This document shows positions 9,461-20,583 of a DNA stretch of 64,000 bases, one piece after another. The DNA is from a virus: the IMG/VR virus record IMGVR_UViG_3300008119_000006; one strand, written 5' to 3'. Each line of letters starts with the position of its first letter. The first letter of the stretch is position 1. The notes beneath the pieces are model-generated. The model was not told the origin of the DNA. It saw nothing but the letters and a program-made list of their open reading frames with translations, and ran no database searches. The position numbers and the translations under genes are program-made.

Positions 9461-9946
9461 TGGTAACTAGTTTTAGACCTGAATGGCGGGATAATGCCAT
9501 TGAAGCATTGGTAAATGATGATTTAAATTCATTTATGACAATGCGTGAAGAATGTGGTGATGAATCGGTATTGGCACAAATACTATATTCTGGTTTCAAA
9601 GGTTATCAGAATTACTTTGATGAAGAATTAGAAACGGAATTGCGTGAGCGTGATATCTCAACAGTATTTGGAGATAATGATGATTAGTCAAACTGTATTA
9701 ATCGTATTATTTGCCTTAACTGGTACATTAACAGTAATTGCAGGCATTGGATTTATTAAACTATTTAAGGAACCGATTAAATGAATACATGGGATTTTGT
9801 GGTAAGTGAATTAAAATCACTCCAACAAGGTTTTGAGGATCATCAGGCAATCACGGAATTGTTTGTGGAACAAAAACTGTTGCGTGGATACAACATTGTT
9901 AAGAGTAAAACCAAGTAAAGCTTGACAAAAATTATTTTCGCTTTTC

Positions 9947-9997
9947 GTTGTTTCCATACAACAAACCTATTGTGGTATTCATTGGTACCTGTATAAT
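9947..9997 (+). promoter_or_regulatory. early promoter with GTTG-N8-CAACA box
   Basis: GTTGtttccataCAACA 9947-9963; TTGTGG-N16-TATAAT 9970-9997. Confidence 0.65.
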
Positions 9998-10024
9998 GGT
10001 TTCATTAATTGATTAGGAGATATT

Positions 10025-10309
10025 ATGTTGAAATTTGAAGGAATTGCTACTGTTGGTGATATTATTCGTGCATATGATTTTAAACCATGTGCAGGTCGTG
10101 ATGATGCATTTATTGAAGGTGTGGTGATTGATACCAATTCTTATGAGTCCGGTTTTAGTTCATACAAAATAAAAGTAACGGTTGATAAGTTTAAAAAATA
10201 CGAAACCAAAGCTACTGCTAGAAACCGTGTTGAGCAGATTGCTTTTGTACCACATCAAACCAGTTTTAGCGAATTCGATTTTAGAGTAATTAATTTAAGT
10301 AAAGTTTAA
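10025..10309 (+). CDS. hypothetical protein
   Basis: AGGAG RBS downstream of the promoter. Confidence 0.65.
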   Translation: MLKFEGIATVGDIIRAYDFKPCAGRDDAFIEGVVIDTNSYESGFSSYKIKVTVDKFKKYETKATARNRVEQIAFVPHQTSFSEFDFRVINLSKV

Positions 10310-10363
10310 TGTTAAATGAGGCATCCTGTCGGGTATAAGACCTCATCTTTTTGAAAGTATATT

Positions 10364-10684
10364 ATGAGTAATAATATGAATTATCGTTTAAAAGAAATTG
10401 CAATGTGCCAAGCATTAGAGAATTTTCAGGCACCAGCTAATTTTCGTTCTACTTATAAGGCAGTACCAATTGCTTTGTATGAAGAAGTAAAACAATTTAT
10501 TGATTTCACCAAGTATTATGTTTGCTTCCGTGGTCCTCGTTTTAATCGTAGTTATTCTACCCGTAAGCGTGATGCTAAGGCGTTTGATGTATATCAACGC
10601 AGTGACCGTGATACCAGAGAAATTCGTATTGAGCGTGATGCCTTTAATCGTGGTGTCCGTTGGGCAAACAATAGGAGCCATTAA
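10364..10684 (+). CDS. hypothetical protein
   Basis: Packed ORF; 'FRGPR...STRKRDA' motif. Confidence 0.6.
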   Translation: MSNNMNYRLKEIAMCQALENFQAPANFRSTYKAVPIALYEEVKQFIDFTKYYVCFRGPRFNRSYSTRKRDAKAFDVYQRSDRDTREIRIERDAFNRGVRWANNRSH

Positions 10685-10867
10685 TGAGTAATGTATATGT
10701 GGTGAGTTCTGGTCGTTTTGATGAAATGACAGGTAATACCAATTGGTTGACATTGCGAGCTTTTACTGTCTATGCAGATGCTGAGGCATGGATTGCTTCA
10801 GAGATTAAGCGTGACCCAAGCTTCAATGAAGATTTGGATTTTTATGACATTGATGGAGTATCATTAT

Positions 10868-11191
10868 ATGGTAGCTTATAAAGATTTAGATACTGGTTTG
10901 CAAGAGTATGTGGCGCACCTACAGGCAGATTATGATAGTAAAGGTGGCAACCAGTTCATAGAGTTTTATTATGAGCGTGGTCGTAAATATGCTCATGTCA
11001 TTATGAAGCATATTGGCCAGTTTAGTATTGGTCAACGCAGTTCACATTCTTGGATTATGCTTGATAATGACAAACAGTTTAAGCAAGGTGAAATTCTAAA
11101 GTCAGCAAGTTGGAAAGCACCTGCTCGTAACTTTGGTCGTGGCAATGTATTAACTGGTGAATTTAAACATATTAGATGGGCGGGTGTATGA
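10868..11191 (+). CDS. conserved phage hypothetical protein
   Basis: 'GRKY...GEILKSASWKAPARN.RGNV' motif; start moved to the ATG after GGAG. Confidence 0.65.
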   Translation: MVAYKDLDTGLQEYVAHLQADYDSKGGNQFIEFYYERGRKYAHVIMKHIGQFSIGQRSSHSWIMLDNDKQFKQGEILKSASWKAPARNFGRGNVLTGEFKHIRWAGV

Positions 11192-11426
11192 GTGATTTTG
11201 ATGATATGAATGTTGAAGAATTACAATCGTATTTCTCTGATTTTCATAAAGATTATTATGGTTTTCGTCCTCGTTTTGCAACACCAGAACAATGGCGTAA
11301 CCGTGATTGGTTGATTGAAAGTATTAATGGCATACATGATGCTTTTGATGCTATGAAGAAAACACCAGAAGGCCGTGCTCAGTTGCGTGCTGAAGGTTGG
11401 GTTATTGAAGAAAGTGAGATTGTATA

Positions 11427-11876
11427 ATGGGTACTAGGTCATTAACATTTGTATATGAAGAATATAATCATGTGCAGAAACCAGTTTGCAATATGTACCG
11501 ACAATATGATGGTTATCCAACCGGTCATGGTGCTGAGTTGGCAGAGTTTTTGAGTGGTGGTCGTTTAGTAAATGGTTTGATTGAAACCAAAACTGTTGAA
11601 GAAGTTGTTTTTAATGGTATGAGTTGTTTAGCAGCATCGATGGTTGCTTATTTCAAGCAAACACCTGGTGGTTTCTACATTTACCCTACTGATATGACCG
11701 ATTGTGGTCAAGATTATGAATATCACATCTATGATAGTGGTAAAGGTTTGTATATTGAAGTGGTTGATTGTGGTTGTAATATGTTTGGTGTCACCATGAG
11801 TGATAAACATGATTTTGTATTCAAAGGCAATCTAAAAGAGTTTACTGAATTTTGTAAAGAAAAGGAATTAGCATGA
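11427..11876 (+). CDS. conserved phage hypothetical protein
   Basis: 'MGTRS...YRQYDGYP.GHG..L' motif. Confidence 0.7.
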   Translation: MGTRSLTFVYEEYNHVQKPVCNMYRQYDGYPTGHGAELAEFLSGGRLVNGLIETKTVEEVVFNGMSCLAASMVAYFKQTPGGFYIYPTDMTDCGQDYEYHIYDSGKGLYIEVVDCGCNMFGVTMSDKHDFVFKGNLKEFTEFCKEKELA

Positions 11877-12399
11877 GTTATGATTCAGATTTTGAAAGAA
11901 TTTACATGGTTGAATTTCAATCAGGTAGAATTATTCATGTTGGCCAATATACAGTTGAAGATGTAAAAGAATATTGTGCTGATGAGCATGAGGGTGAAGT
12001 TATTAAATCCATCTATGAAGAAGTTTATACTAATGATGGTGAAGATGAATAAAAGCAATTATCAAATCGATTGGGAAAGATTGGCAAAGTATAATATTGT
12101 GGTCAATACACAGCCAAAAAACCCATTAGATGATGTTGTGAAGAATGATGAGTTGGTTTTATGGATGAAAGAATATCCTGATGCCATGGAAGCCATTAAT
12201 AAAATAAAGGATAGAAAATGAATTATTATCTTGTTGAATTTATGGATGATTCGGTTCATCCTCAATATGAAGAAGTGTCCGCTATTTCAGCAGAGGAAGC
12301 AGTTCATTCAATTAAATTAGGTTGGCCTAACGCCAAGATTTGGAATGTTTGGACTGAAACTGGTGAAAACGACCAATGGAAAGATGATGATGACGGGAG

Positions 12400-12738
12400 A
12401 TGTTAATGAGTGATTATACGCCTGATAGATGGCTTGTAGTAAAGATTACAACCGATAAAGAAATGCTATATAAGGTATTTGCTTGTTGGTATGGCGGACT
12501 TGGTGGCTCTGATTCGTGGCAATTCAATAGCGGTATTGTTAAAGTTGAATTGGCAGATAACTATTATGAATTTCATGGTCACTCTGGATCGGTATATCGT
12601 TGTCATAAGAATTGTTATGGCACCAATGGTTATGGCGGCAGTGTGTTAGCGAACTTTATTGATAAGGCAGATTATAAAATTGAAATACTGCCTGAGAATA
12701 CAAATTGGAAAGAATTAAAATATGCCCGTGAGGTATAG
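12400..12738 (+). CDS. conserved phage hypothetical protein
   Basis: 'YTPDRW...W.GG..GSDSW..NSGI...GSVYRC'. Confidence 0.65.
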   Translation: MLMSDYTPDRWLVVKITTDKEMLYKVFACWYGGLGGSDSWQFNSGIVKVELADNYYEFHGHSGSVYRCHKNCYGTNGYGGSVLANFIDKADYKIEILPENTNWKELKYAREV

Positions 12739-13011
12739 TACCAACTGGATGGGACCAATTAATAAGCAATGGTATGAAGAGCGAGGCCTTGAGCTTTGGA
12801 CTTATGCTGCCGGTCGTATTGATTGTCGTGGTGAAGATTTAGGACCATACGGTGATGAAATTGGCTTATCACCAATGCTTGTTGAAGATTGGGGTAGATT
12901 TAGTGACTGGTTGAATACCTTTGAGACCGATTTTATGTGGTCATTGGAAGAATTGGTTGAGTTGTATGAAAGAGAAAATCCAAAAATTACTTGGGCTGAA
13001 GGATATGAATA

Positions 13012-13419
13012 ATGAGTATTAGTGCATATAAAGAAGTAACAGAGTGGGACAATTCAGAGTTTGTGGTGCCGAACCATACTTACCTATTTGATGGTAAGTC
13101 CAATATTTTGGCATATGCGAAGGCGAGCAATAATGAATTGGTGATATTACATAAACCATTACCAATGGATACCCGTAGGCGTAAGTTTATCAAGGTGAAA
13201 CATGAGGCATTGGACTCATATGGCGCAACGGTGGTGCTTGATGTGCCTAACCTTGAGAATACGCCTCATTGGTCAGTTAAAAGCGATTCAGGCAAGACCT
13301 ATACGGTCACCTTAGAATCTGGTAAGTATCAATGTAATTGTATCGGGTATGCCTATCGTGGTAAATGTAAGCATTCGGAAAGTGTTGCTTCGGCACAACA
13401 GCCAGCAGATATTACTTGA
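13012..13419 (+). CDS. SWIM zinc-finger protein
   Basis: C-terminal CNC-x7-CKH preceded by 'GKTYTV'. Confidence 0.7.
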   Translation: MSISAYKEVTEWDNSEFVVPNHTYLFDGKSNILAYAKASNNELVILHKPLPMDTRRRKFIKVKHEALDSYGATVVLDVPNLENTPHWSVKSDSGKTYTVTLESGKYQCNCIGYAYRGKCKHSESVASAQQPADIT

Positions 13420-13443
13420 CATATAATGTGGTACCTGTATAAT
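13384..13443 (+). promoter_or_regulatory. early promoter with GTTG-N8-CAACA box, upstream of tRNA-Tyr
   Basis: GTTGcttcggcaCAACA 13384-13400; TTGACA-N16-TATAAT 13416-13443. Confidence 0.75.
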
Positions 13444-13456
13444 GGTTGATTAAATT

Positions 13457-13542
13457 GGGTAAGCGGTAAAGTTGGAGAGTTACAGCAGACTGTAAATCTG
13501 TTGCCTATGGCTGAGTTGGTTCGAATCCATCCTTACCCACCA
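13457..13542 (+). tRNA. tRNA-Tyr (GTA)
   Basis: Acceptor GGGTAAG/CTTACCC plus A-CCA; anticodon arm GCAGA-CTGTAAA-TCTGT; long variable arm; TTCGAAT T-loop. Confidence 0.92.
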
Positions 13543-13970
13543 GTATTTGTTATGTTTAATTGGAGAGTGTATGAAAAAAATTAAACTAAAAACTGCTATT
13601 GATGCCATTGTTGATTCAGAAATGACAACAATTCGTAAACTAAAAAAGCGTGACTTACTTGGCTTATGCCGTGATTTACTTGAAGAGCGTTGTTTGGAAA
13701 TGTCAGACGATGCATTGATTGATTTTTATAATGAGGTGACTAATGAAATTGCCGTATAAAGATATATTTGTTGGTGAAGTTGATGAGTTCATTACTAATC
13801 CATTTTCAGGCGAAGGCATTATGCTGACAGCCGAAGAAGTTGCCGTGTATGACACATTAAAAGGTTGTGAGTTGTTTGGTGATTACGATGGTGTAAGAAA
13901 AGGCATCAATTGGTTTATTGAGAATAACGCAGAAGCGTATATGGTTTTATTGGATTAATTTTGTTATTAT

Positions 13971-14045
13971 GCACCCATCGTCTAACGGTTAGGACATCGC
14001 CCTTTCACGGCGGGAATAAGAGTTCGATTCTCCTTGGGTGTACCA
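13971..14045 (+). tRNA. tRNA-Glu (TTC)
   Basis: Acceptor GCACCCA/TGGGTGT plus A-CCA; anticodon loop CTTTCAC; TTCGATT T-loop. Confidence 0.93.
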
Positions 14046-14062
14046 TATTTTGAAAGGTAGTT

Positions 14063-15226
14063 ATGAATAAAAATGCAAAGCAGTTTATCGTAGCGTGTGA
14101 GCAAGTGTTTGGTAGTGAAACAATTATTACCCGTGACGGCATTACACAGATTTGTAATGAATCTGGTGCACCGTATCCCTATTGGTTGGTTACTAAGGCA
14201 CAATATCGTTATGACCGTGGTCAATACAAAGTACCACCATCAGGTGAAAAGATTGTAAAGAAATCTGAAACTATTGTAAAGAATCCTGAACCTGAAGTTG
14301 AAATGGCATATCAGACCAACACAGCACAAGTGCTAGAGTTTCGTCAGCCAAAACTGATTGATGATTCTGAACCTGCTGTGCCACAAAAATGGCCTGATTA
14401 TGTACCATTTGGTTTCTACAAAGATATGAAGAATATCATTAGTAGCAAATCATTCTATCCGATATTCGTTACTGGTTTGTCAGGCAACGGCAAGACCTTG
14501 ATGGTCGAGCAAGTGTGTGCTGAATTAAATAGGGAGTGTATTCGTGTTAATATTTCAGTTGAAACTGATGAGAGCGACCTACTTGGTGGTCCTACCTTGG
14601 TCAATGGTAATGTGGTCAATCGTGATGGTCCTGTTCTTATTGCAATGAAGCGTGGCGCAGTATTGTTGATTGACGAAGTAGACCGTGGTTCTAATAAGTT
14701 GATGTGTTTGCAAGGCATCATGGAAGGCAAACCACACTACAATAAGAAATCTGGTGAGATGGTATATCCAAAGAATGGCTTTACTATCATCGCAACGGCA
14801 AACACCAAAGGTCGTGGTAGTGACGAAGGCAAATATCTGTCCCAAATCCTTGACGATGCTTTCTTAGAAAGATTCCCAATTACGGTAGAACAGGAATATC
14901 CTGATGCCAAAACTGAGAAGAAAATTCTATCACCATTGCTTGATGATAAAGATTTTGTTGAGAACCTATGCCAATGGGCTGATGTGGTTCGTAAATCGTA
15001 CCAAGAAGGTGCTACTGATGAGATTATCTCCACTCGCCGATTGGTACATATTGCCAAGGCATATGGTATCTTTAAAGATAGAATGAAAGCCATTACATTG
15101 TGTGTGAATCGTTTTGACGAAGAAACCAAAATGGCATTCTTAGACCTGTATTCTAAGGTCGATAGTTCGGTAGAATCACCTGCTAATACAGCATTCAATT
15201 CTACCACAACCGAGGTTGCCAATTAA
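14063..15226 (+). CDS. CobS-like MoxR-family AAA+ ATPase
   Basis: Walker A GLSGNGKT, Walker B LLIDEVD, ATANTKGRG, AFLERF, ISTRRL. Confidence 0.88.
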   Translation: MNKNAKQFIVACEQVFGSETIITRDGITQICNESGAPYPYWLVTKAQYRYDRGQYKVPPSGEKIVKKSETIVKNPEPEVEMAYQTNTAQVLEFRQPKLIDDSEPAVPQKWPDYVPFGFYKDMKNIISSKSFYPIFVTGLSGNGKTLMVEQVCAELNRECIRVNISVETDESDLLGGPTLVNGNVVNRDGPVLIAMKRGAVLLIDEVDRGSNKLMCLQGIMEGKPHYNKKSGEMVYPKNGFTIIATANTKGRGSDEGKYLSQILDDAFLERFPITVEQEYPDAKTEKKILSPLLDDKDFVENLCQWADVVRKSYQEGATDEIISTRRLVHIAKAYGIFKDRMKAITLCVNRFDEETKMAFLDLYSKVDSSVESPANTAFNSTTTEVAN

Positions 15227-15313
15227 CCACAGATGTGATACCATGGTTAAAATGGTAAGGGTGTTGCCATCCTTCGGGTACCATGAACCCCGTAAAACTC
15301 GCAGTCTACTTTT

Positions 15314-15348
15314 GCTGGTTTTTGACTATAAAATAAAACCAGCTTTTT
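15314..15348 (+). terminator. putative intrinsic terminator/attenuator
   Basis: GCTGGTTTT / AAAACCAGC stem followed by TTTTT. Confidence 0.5.
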
Positions 15349-15376
15349 ATTATGTTTAATTTGAAGGAGTATTACA

Positions 15377-15715
15377 ATGGCTTTAACAGTTCGCAAGGGT
15401 AAGATTAATCGTCATGAGAAAATCACCCAAGTATTATTAAGTGGCAAACCAGTATCACCTCAGGAAATTGCTGATGTATTCAAAGGCACAAACCAAGAGG
15501 CAGTATTGTATCGCCTATCAACCAACATTTACAATATTCGTAAAGACGGTGGTATTGTAAAAGTTATCAAACAAGGCCGTAAAGTTACCGGTTATCAATT
15601 GGTTAATAATGACCAGTTCGATGCCAATGGTCGTTTCAAAAGCAATCAACAGTTACAGACCAAAGCATCACCTGTAAAACCTGTTGTAGTCCAACAACCA
15701 ACAGTAACGGCTTAA
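15377..15715 (+). CDS. winged helix-turn-helix DNA-binding protein
   Basis: 'LLSGKPVSPQEIA...RLSTNIYNIRKDG..V...GYQL' wHTH pattern; AAGGAG RBS. Confidence 0.6.
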   Translation: MALTVRKGKINRHEKITQVLLSGKPVSPQEIADVFKGTNQEAVLYRLSTNIYNIRKDGGIVKVIKQGRKVTGYQLVNNDQFDANGRFKSNQQLQTKASPVKPVVVQQPTVTA

Positions 15716-15723
15716 TAGTTTTA

Positions 15724-15887
15724 TGCCATTGCAGCTCGCTGTGAAGCGCCGTAAGTCGGTGGCACCTTATTAAAGCATATTGTAAGCCATGGGTAATGCA
15801 AAGCCTGAGTAACTACCGCAATAGTCTGGTTAATCCGGATGACTCCAGTGAGTGGTAGCAAATAGTGCAGTATGCTTTAATGAGGTG
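15724..15887 (+). ncRNA. putative structured RNA
   Basis: 22-bp closing helix 15763-15784/15866-15887 whose only non-Watson-Crick pairs are G-U; nested CTACCGC/GTGGTAG stem; upstream hairpin. Confidence 0.55.
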
Positions 15888-16552
15888 AGGATATAATATG
15901 AAAATTGAAATTGAAGTAATTGAAGAAAATGAAGATGGTTCGGCTGATGCTACTATTAACTTTGATAAAGAAGCACTCGCATTGTTGATTCAATGGGGTT
16001 TGGTTGCCATGTTAAAAGAATCAGTTAATAATGATTTTTACAATCCAAAGAAAAAGGTAAAAAAATGAGTGATAGATTTGATTTTGAACAACAGATTCAA
16101 AAGTGTTGGTTGGTTACTGATGACATCTATGATTTGTCTGAGGCCATTCTCGAGCGTGATTTAAGCCATGACCAGATTACCAATGTATTATTTGGTCTGA
16201 AAGAAATCAACGAAATTAGATTCAACAAGTTGTGGGAATTATTTGAAGATGTACATATGTCGTTGGTTCGTGAGAATCGTATGTTGAATGAAGAATGTGC
16301 TGCATTGCGAGAGCAATTATTAGAAAAAGAAAAGAAGAAAAAATGAAATACATTGCCAAGCCAAAGTTATTTAATAATACAGGCATGAAAGAATTTGATG
16401 ATGCTCGTGAGGCAGTCCTATACTTGAACCAGGTGCTGTCTGATAGTGTCGTGAAGCCTGAGTTGGACTATGTGTTCATTGCACCTAAGGCGTCACCTAA
16501 GCAGTTGAAACACGCTATTGAGGAGTATGTTGGTATTGGTAAGTTAATTTGT

Positions 16553-16603
16553 GTTGCTTAGGAACAACATACCACTTGACACCATCCGTGGTTGTGTTAC
16601 AAT
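16553..16603 (+). promoter_or_regulatory. early promoter with GTTG-N8-CAACA box
   Basis: GTTGcttaggaaCAACA 16553-16569; TTGACA-N16-TACAAT with TG extension. Confidence 0.7.
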
Positions 16604-17097
16604 GGTATTTTAGTTGATTAGGAAAATTTATGGATTCTATTTCAAGAAGTGATATTATTTTGATGTTATCAGTAAAAGGTTATTTTACTACTGATTCATT
16701 AATGAAGAAGTCCGATGAAGAATTGGATAATTTGTATATTGAATATATTGTATTAGAGGAAGATTATATATGATTAATGTAATTATTGGATTTGTTTTAG
16801 GTTTCTTTGTTGCTACAATCGGATTTAGTGGTCTAGCACAAGCATTAGATGAAGGCATTGAAACATTAAAAACTATATCAGTTAAAGTGGATACAGGCAA
16901 ATGACAAATAAGATTGCCGTAAGAATGAACGGTTATCCGTTTGCTTTCTTTAATACCGAACAAGAAGCAAATAGGTTTGTTGAAATATTTAAAGTTGAAC
17001 AGGCTATTAAACTGTCGCAACTTGATTATATTGACCATTCCGTTGCTGTATCAGAGTTACATGAAGCAAGAGAAGTAATTAACCATATTATGGAGTT

Positions 17098-17328
17098 ATG
17101 ATGAAAAAAACATTAGTAGTATTATCTTTGTTATCGTTGACCGCTTGTGGTACAACATACACAATTAAAGGTTATACAGGTCCTGAAGTTATGGGTCGAA
17201 ATGAAGTTATTAATGCTGCAAGAGAATGTGTTCGTGCCAAGATGCGGCCTACAACCGAATATGTAACACAAAAGGTTGATGGTAGCAAAGTGTTGGTACC
17301 CGTTGATGTTCGTTGCGATGCTTATTGA
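17098..17328 (+). CDS. putative lipoprotein
   Basis: Signal peptide with lipobox LTAC. Confidence 0.65.
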   Translation: MMKKTLVVLSLLSLTACGTTYTIKGYTGPEVMGRNEVINAARECVRAKMRPTTEYVTQKVDGSKVLVPVDVRCDAY

Positions 17329-17867
17329 GATTAAACATGGAATTATTTGAGAATTTATCTTCTATTGGTATTACTACCAGAGTATTACAGTTTGCTATTT
17401 TGGCAGGCATTATAATCTTTTTGGTCGGTATGTATTGGCGTTTTGTTGTGACTGGCGTAGGCATTTTGTTTTGCGTTACTGTATTTGCCATGTCATCAGG
17501 AAATAGTTCTACTGAATCAAAGCCTGCGGTCATTGCACCAGAAGATGTTGTGCCAGCAGAGTTTATTGAAGATTGTATTAAATACAATTTAAATGCAACC
17601 AAATCAAGTTGTGAAAATCATTGGCGGGAGAATGGCAATGGCAAAGATTGATGATGGTATGTTAGAACATTTATCTGAAGATATTGATAATGCTTTAATT
17701 AAATGGCTGACTACATATGAAGTGCCTGGATTAAATTTAACTGCCGTTATGCTGGCAAGATTAACACACTTGGCCAAACAAGGAAATTATACTGATGATT
17801 TTCTTAGATTATTAGAAGCACCTAAAGATATTGTTGAAAACGAAAAAATAAAACCACAGGTACATTA

Positions 17868-18743
17868 ATGAAAATTGCATTAGCCTCAGATATCCATTTA
17901 GAATTTGGGGACCTTTTCTTAAAGAATGAGGAAAATGCTGACGTTCTTGTTTTGAGTGGTGATATTTGCACAGCAAAACAATTTAAACACAAGCCAAAAG
18001 AAAGAATGATGGTTAAAGATTTCTTTAAGCGGTGTGCATTTCAATTTCCTCATGTTGTGTATATCATGGGTAATCACGAGCACTATAATTTTGATATTGC
18101 TAACACCTACGATAGGTTAAAAGCTGAATTGGCCGATTTGCCAAACATTCATTTGCTTGAGAAAGAAACATGGGAACACAATAGTGTGACCTTTGTTGCT
18201 GGTACATTATGGACTGATATGAACAAAGATGATCCATTGACCTTGTGGCATTGCGGCAAAGGTATGAGTGATTTTAGTGTGATTACAAATAGTAATCGTA
18301 TGGTTCAACACAAGAGAAATGTTTACCATGAGAGTGAGCGAAATGAAGATGGTACTTTAATTGTTAAAGCTGTGGATCATTATCAATCGCCGTCTAAGTG
18401 GTCAGTAGAAGATTCTGTGGAAGACCATAAGAAAATGTTAGACTTCATTAACATTGTAACACAAGATAAGACAAAATGTTATGTAGCAGTAACACATCAT
18501 GCGCCATCACCAATTAGTATTGCTGAGTGTTACAAAGGTGATACACTAATGAATGGTGCCTTTGCATCTGATTTATCCGATTTTATTTTAGATAGACCAC
18601 AGATTAAATTGTGGACTCACGGTCATATGCACAATGTATCGGATTATATGGTTGGTGACACCAGAGTTGTTTGTAATCCAAGAGGTTATGTGAAGCACGA
18701 ACAAAGAGCAAAAGACTTTGAATTAAAATATATGGAGATTTAA
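17868..18743 (+). CDS. calcineurin-like metallophosphoesterase
   Basis: SDIHLE, GD, GNHEHY, THHAP, HGHMH, CNPRGY. Confidence 0.88.
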   Translation: MKIALASDIHLEFGDLFLKNEENADVLVLSGDICTAKQFKHKPKERMMVKDFFKRCAFQFPHVVYIMGNHEHYNFDIANTYDRLKAELADLPNIHLLEKETWEHNSVTFVAGTLWTDMNKDDPLTLWHCGKGMSDFSVITNSNRMVQHKRNVYHESERNEDGTLIVKAVDHYQSPSKWSVEDSVEDHKKMLDFINIVTQDKTKCYVAVTHHAPSPISIAECYKGDTLMNGAFASDLSDFILDRPQIKLWTHGHMHNVSDYMVGDTRVVCNPRGYVKHEQRAKDFELKYMEI

Positions 18744-19406
18744 ATGAAAGTATACATGAATGGTTATCCAGACACTTGGTTGTCACCATACACCATTATT
18801 GACTATGTGTTCTTTTGGACAAATTGGTCAAAGTGTTCACGCAACAAACAAATTATTGCTGATGAAAAATGGATTGACCATCCTGCATGGGTTGAAAAGG
18901 TCGTACCACTATTGAATCCATTTTGTAATGCATTACAAAAGGTTCGTGAGGTAATCAGTCCACAAATTCGTTATGTGAAGATTGACCGATACGATACATG
19001 GTCAATGGATCATACCTTGGCTTACATCATTCACCCTATGTTAGTTCAATTAAATGAAACTAAACACGGCGCACCTTATACTGATGATGAAGATGTACCA
19101 GAACACCTGCGTAGTCATATGGCAGAACCAAAAGAGAATGAATGGGACACCGATAGTTTGCATTTCATGCGTTGGGATTGGATTCTCAATGAAATGATTT
19201 GGGCATTTGAACAAGAACTTAAAGACGATGATGAACACCAATTCTTTGACCATTCTGAATGTGGTGATGAAAAATTCCCATGGAATGAAAATGGTCAATA
19301 TGTAAGTAAAGTTAAAGTAGACCGTGAAGGTTTAGAAGCACATCAAAAGCGTAAAGCAAACGGCTTTAAGTTATTTGGTAGTTATTACAAAAATTTGTGG
19401 GACTAA
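18744..19406 (+). CDS. conserved T4-like phage hypothetical protein
   Basis: 'IDRYDTWSMDHTLA..I.PML...RWDWILNEMIWAF...GFKLFG.YY..LWD'. Confidence 0.75.
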   Translation: MKVYMNGYPDTWLSPYTIIDYVFFWTNWSKCSRNKQIIADEKWIDHPAWVEKVVPLLNPFCNALQKVREVISPQIRYVKIDRYDTWSMDHTLAYIIHPMLVQLNETKHGAPYTDDEDVPEHLRSHMAEPKENEWDTDSLHFMRWDWILNEMIWAFEQELKDDDEHQFFDHSECGDEKFPWNENGQYVSKVKVDREGLEAHQKRKANGFKLFGSYYKNLWD

Positions 19407-20583
19407 TATGATACCTTATTATTATCTCTGGCAGGCCAAGAAGTCATTGGAAGGTGCCAAGAAAACTATTGAATTGATGGGTGATTCTTCCAATTATATG
19501 TTAGAGGCACAGAAAGATATGCTCGAGTTAGAAGTGGAACATTTCCGTGAAACATCAAGAAAGTTTACCGTTTTTCTGTTGACTTTATTGGTATTCTGTG
19601 TTAGCCTAGGTTACTCAATTAATAAGGGGTTTATTGATGTTTACAAAATTATTGGATAAAATCAAATCAATTAATGTTGCTGGTTATTTCATTGGCATAA
19701 TTATTGGTTCATTTATAATTGCTGGTGTTTCTTTCTTTGTGGAGAATCCACCATTACAAGAATATAAAGATGGTATTCAAAACCGTTTAGTTTGGAATAT
19801 TAAAGGTGAGTGTTACTTTGTAAGACCTGCCACCAATACAGTATATTTAATTCGTGTTCAAGATTGTGATAAAGGAATCAAGTAATGACTAATAAAGATT
19901 TTTGCCTAAGTAAAGAGTCCAAAAGGATCCTATCAGGCCTACCTACTGATAAGCGAGGTCATTGGAAGAAGATGTTGATTGAAGCAGAAGTATCCGAAAA
20001 ACGAGCCAAGATGGCTAAATTAAGTGGGACGAAATCCCAATCAAACCAAGGAGATGAGTGATGGCATTATTTGTTGAAGTTACATCGAAAGAAAAGATGT
20101 GTAAAGTTATTATTAATTTGGATCAAATTGTAGAAGTTGCTCCTTTAAAGAGTGGTGGTTGTGATTTGTTCTTTAATGATGCGGCCGCAGTTGGTGGTAC
20201 CCGTGTTATGAAGGTAGAAGATTCATATACACAGTTCCAACAATTTGCTATGCAGACAGTATCGAGTGAAGATATTGCCGCACGTCTAAAATCTTTAAAG
20301 AAAAATATTGCAGTTGACTTGGATATTCCAAAACTATGAGCAAGTTTACATTTATCTGTGAAGATGAACCAATGCCATTTGCTGATGCAATCGTCACCAA
20401 AAAAACATTTGAGTTTAATGCTGACTGTTTAGATAGTGTCATTGGTGAATTTGAAACCTTTTTACGTGGTTGTGGTTTTCACCTTGAAGGTAATTTAGAA
20501 TTTGTAGGTGAACCTCTCGGTAAAAAATATTCAAATGGTCGTGATGACTTGGACATGTATACCGAAAGTATATTTGACAAGAA

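Noticed and set aside
13457-13542. Suppressor tRNA or alternative genetic code
   Set aside because: Anticodon is GTA, and core genes read intact while ending in TAA, TGA or TAG.
13982-14224. Minus-strand ORF ending 'GTPKENRTLIPAVKGRCPNR'
   Set aside because: Typical antisense translation of a tRNA gene (tRNA-Glu).
15275-15300. preQ1-I riboswitch-like hairpin followed by TAAAAC
   Set aside because: Loop lacks the GGUUC-type consensus, the A-tail is short and no queuosine genes are adjacent.
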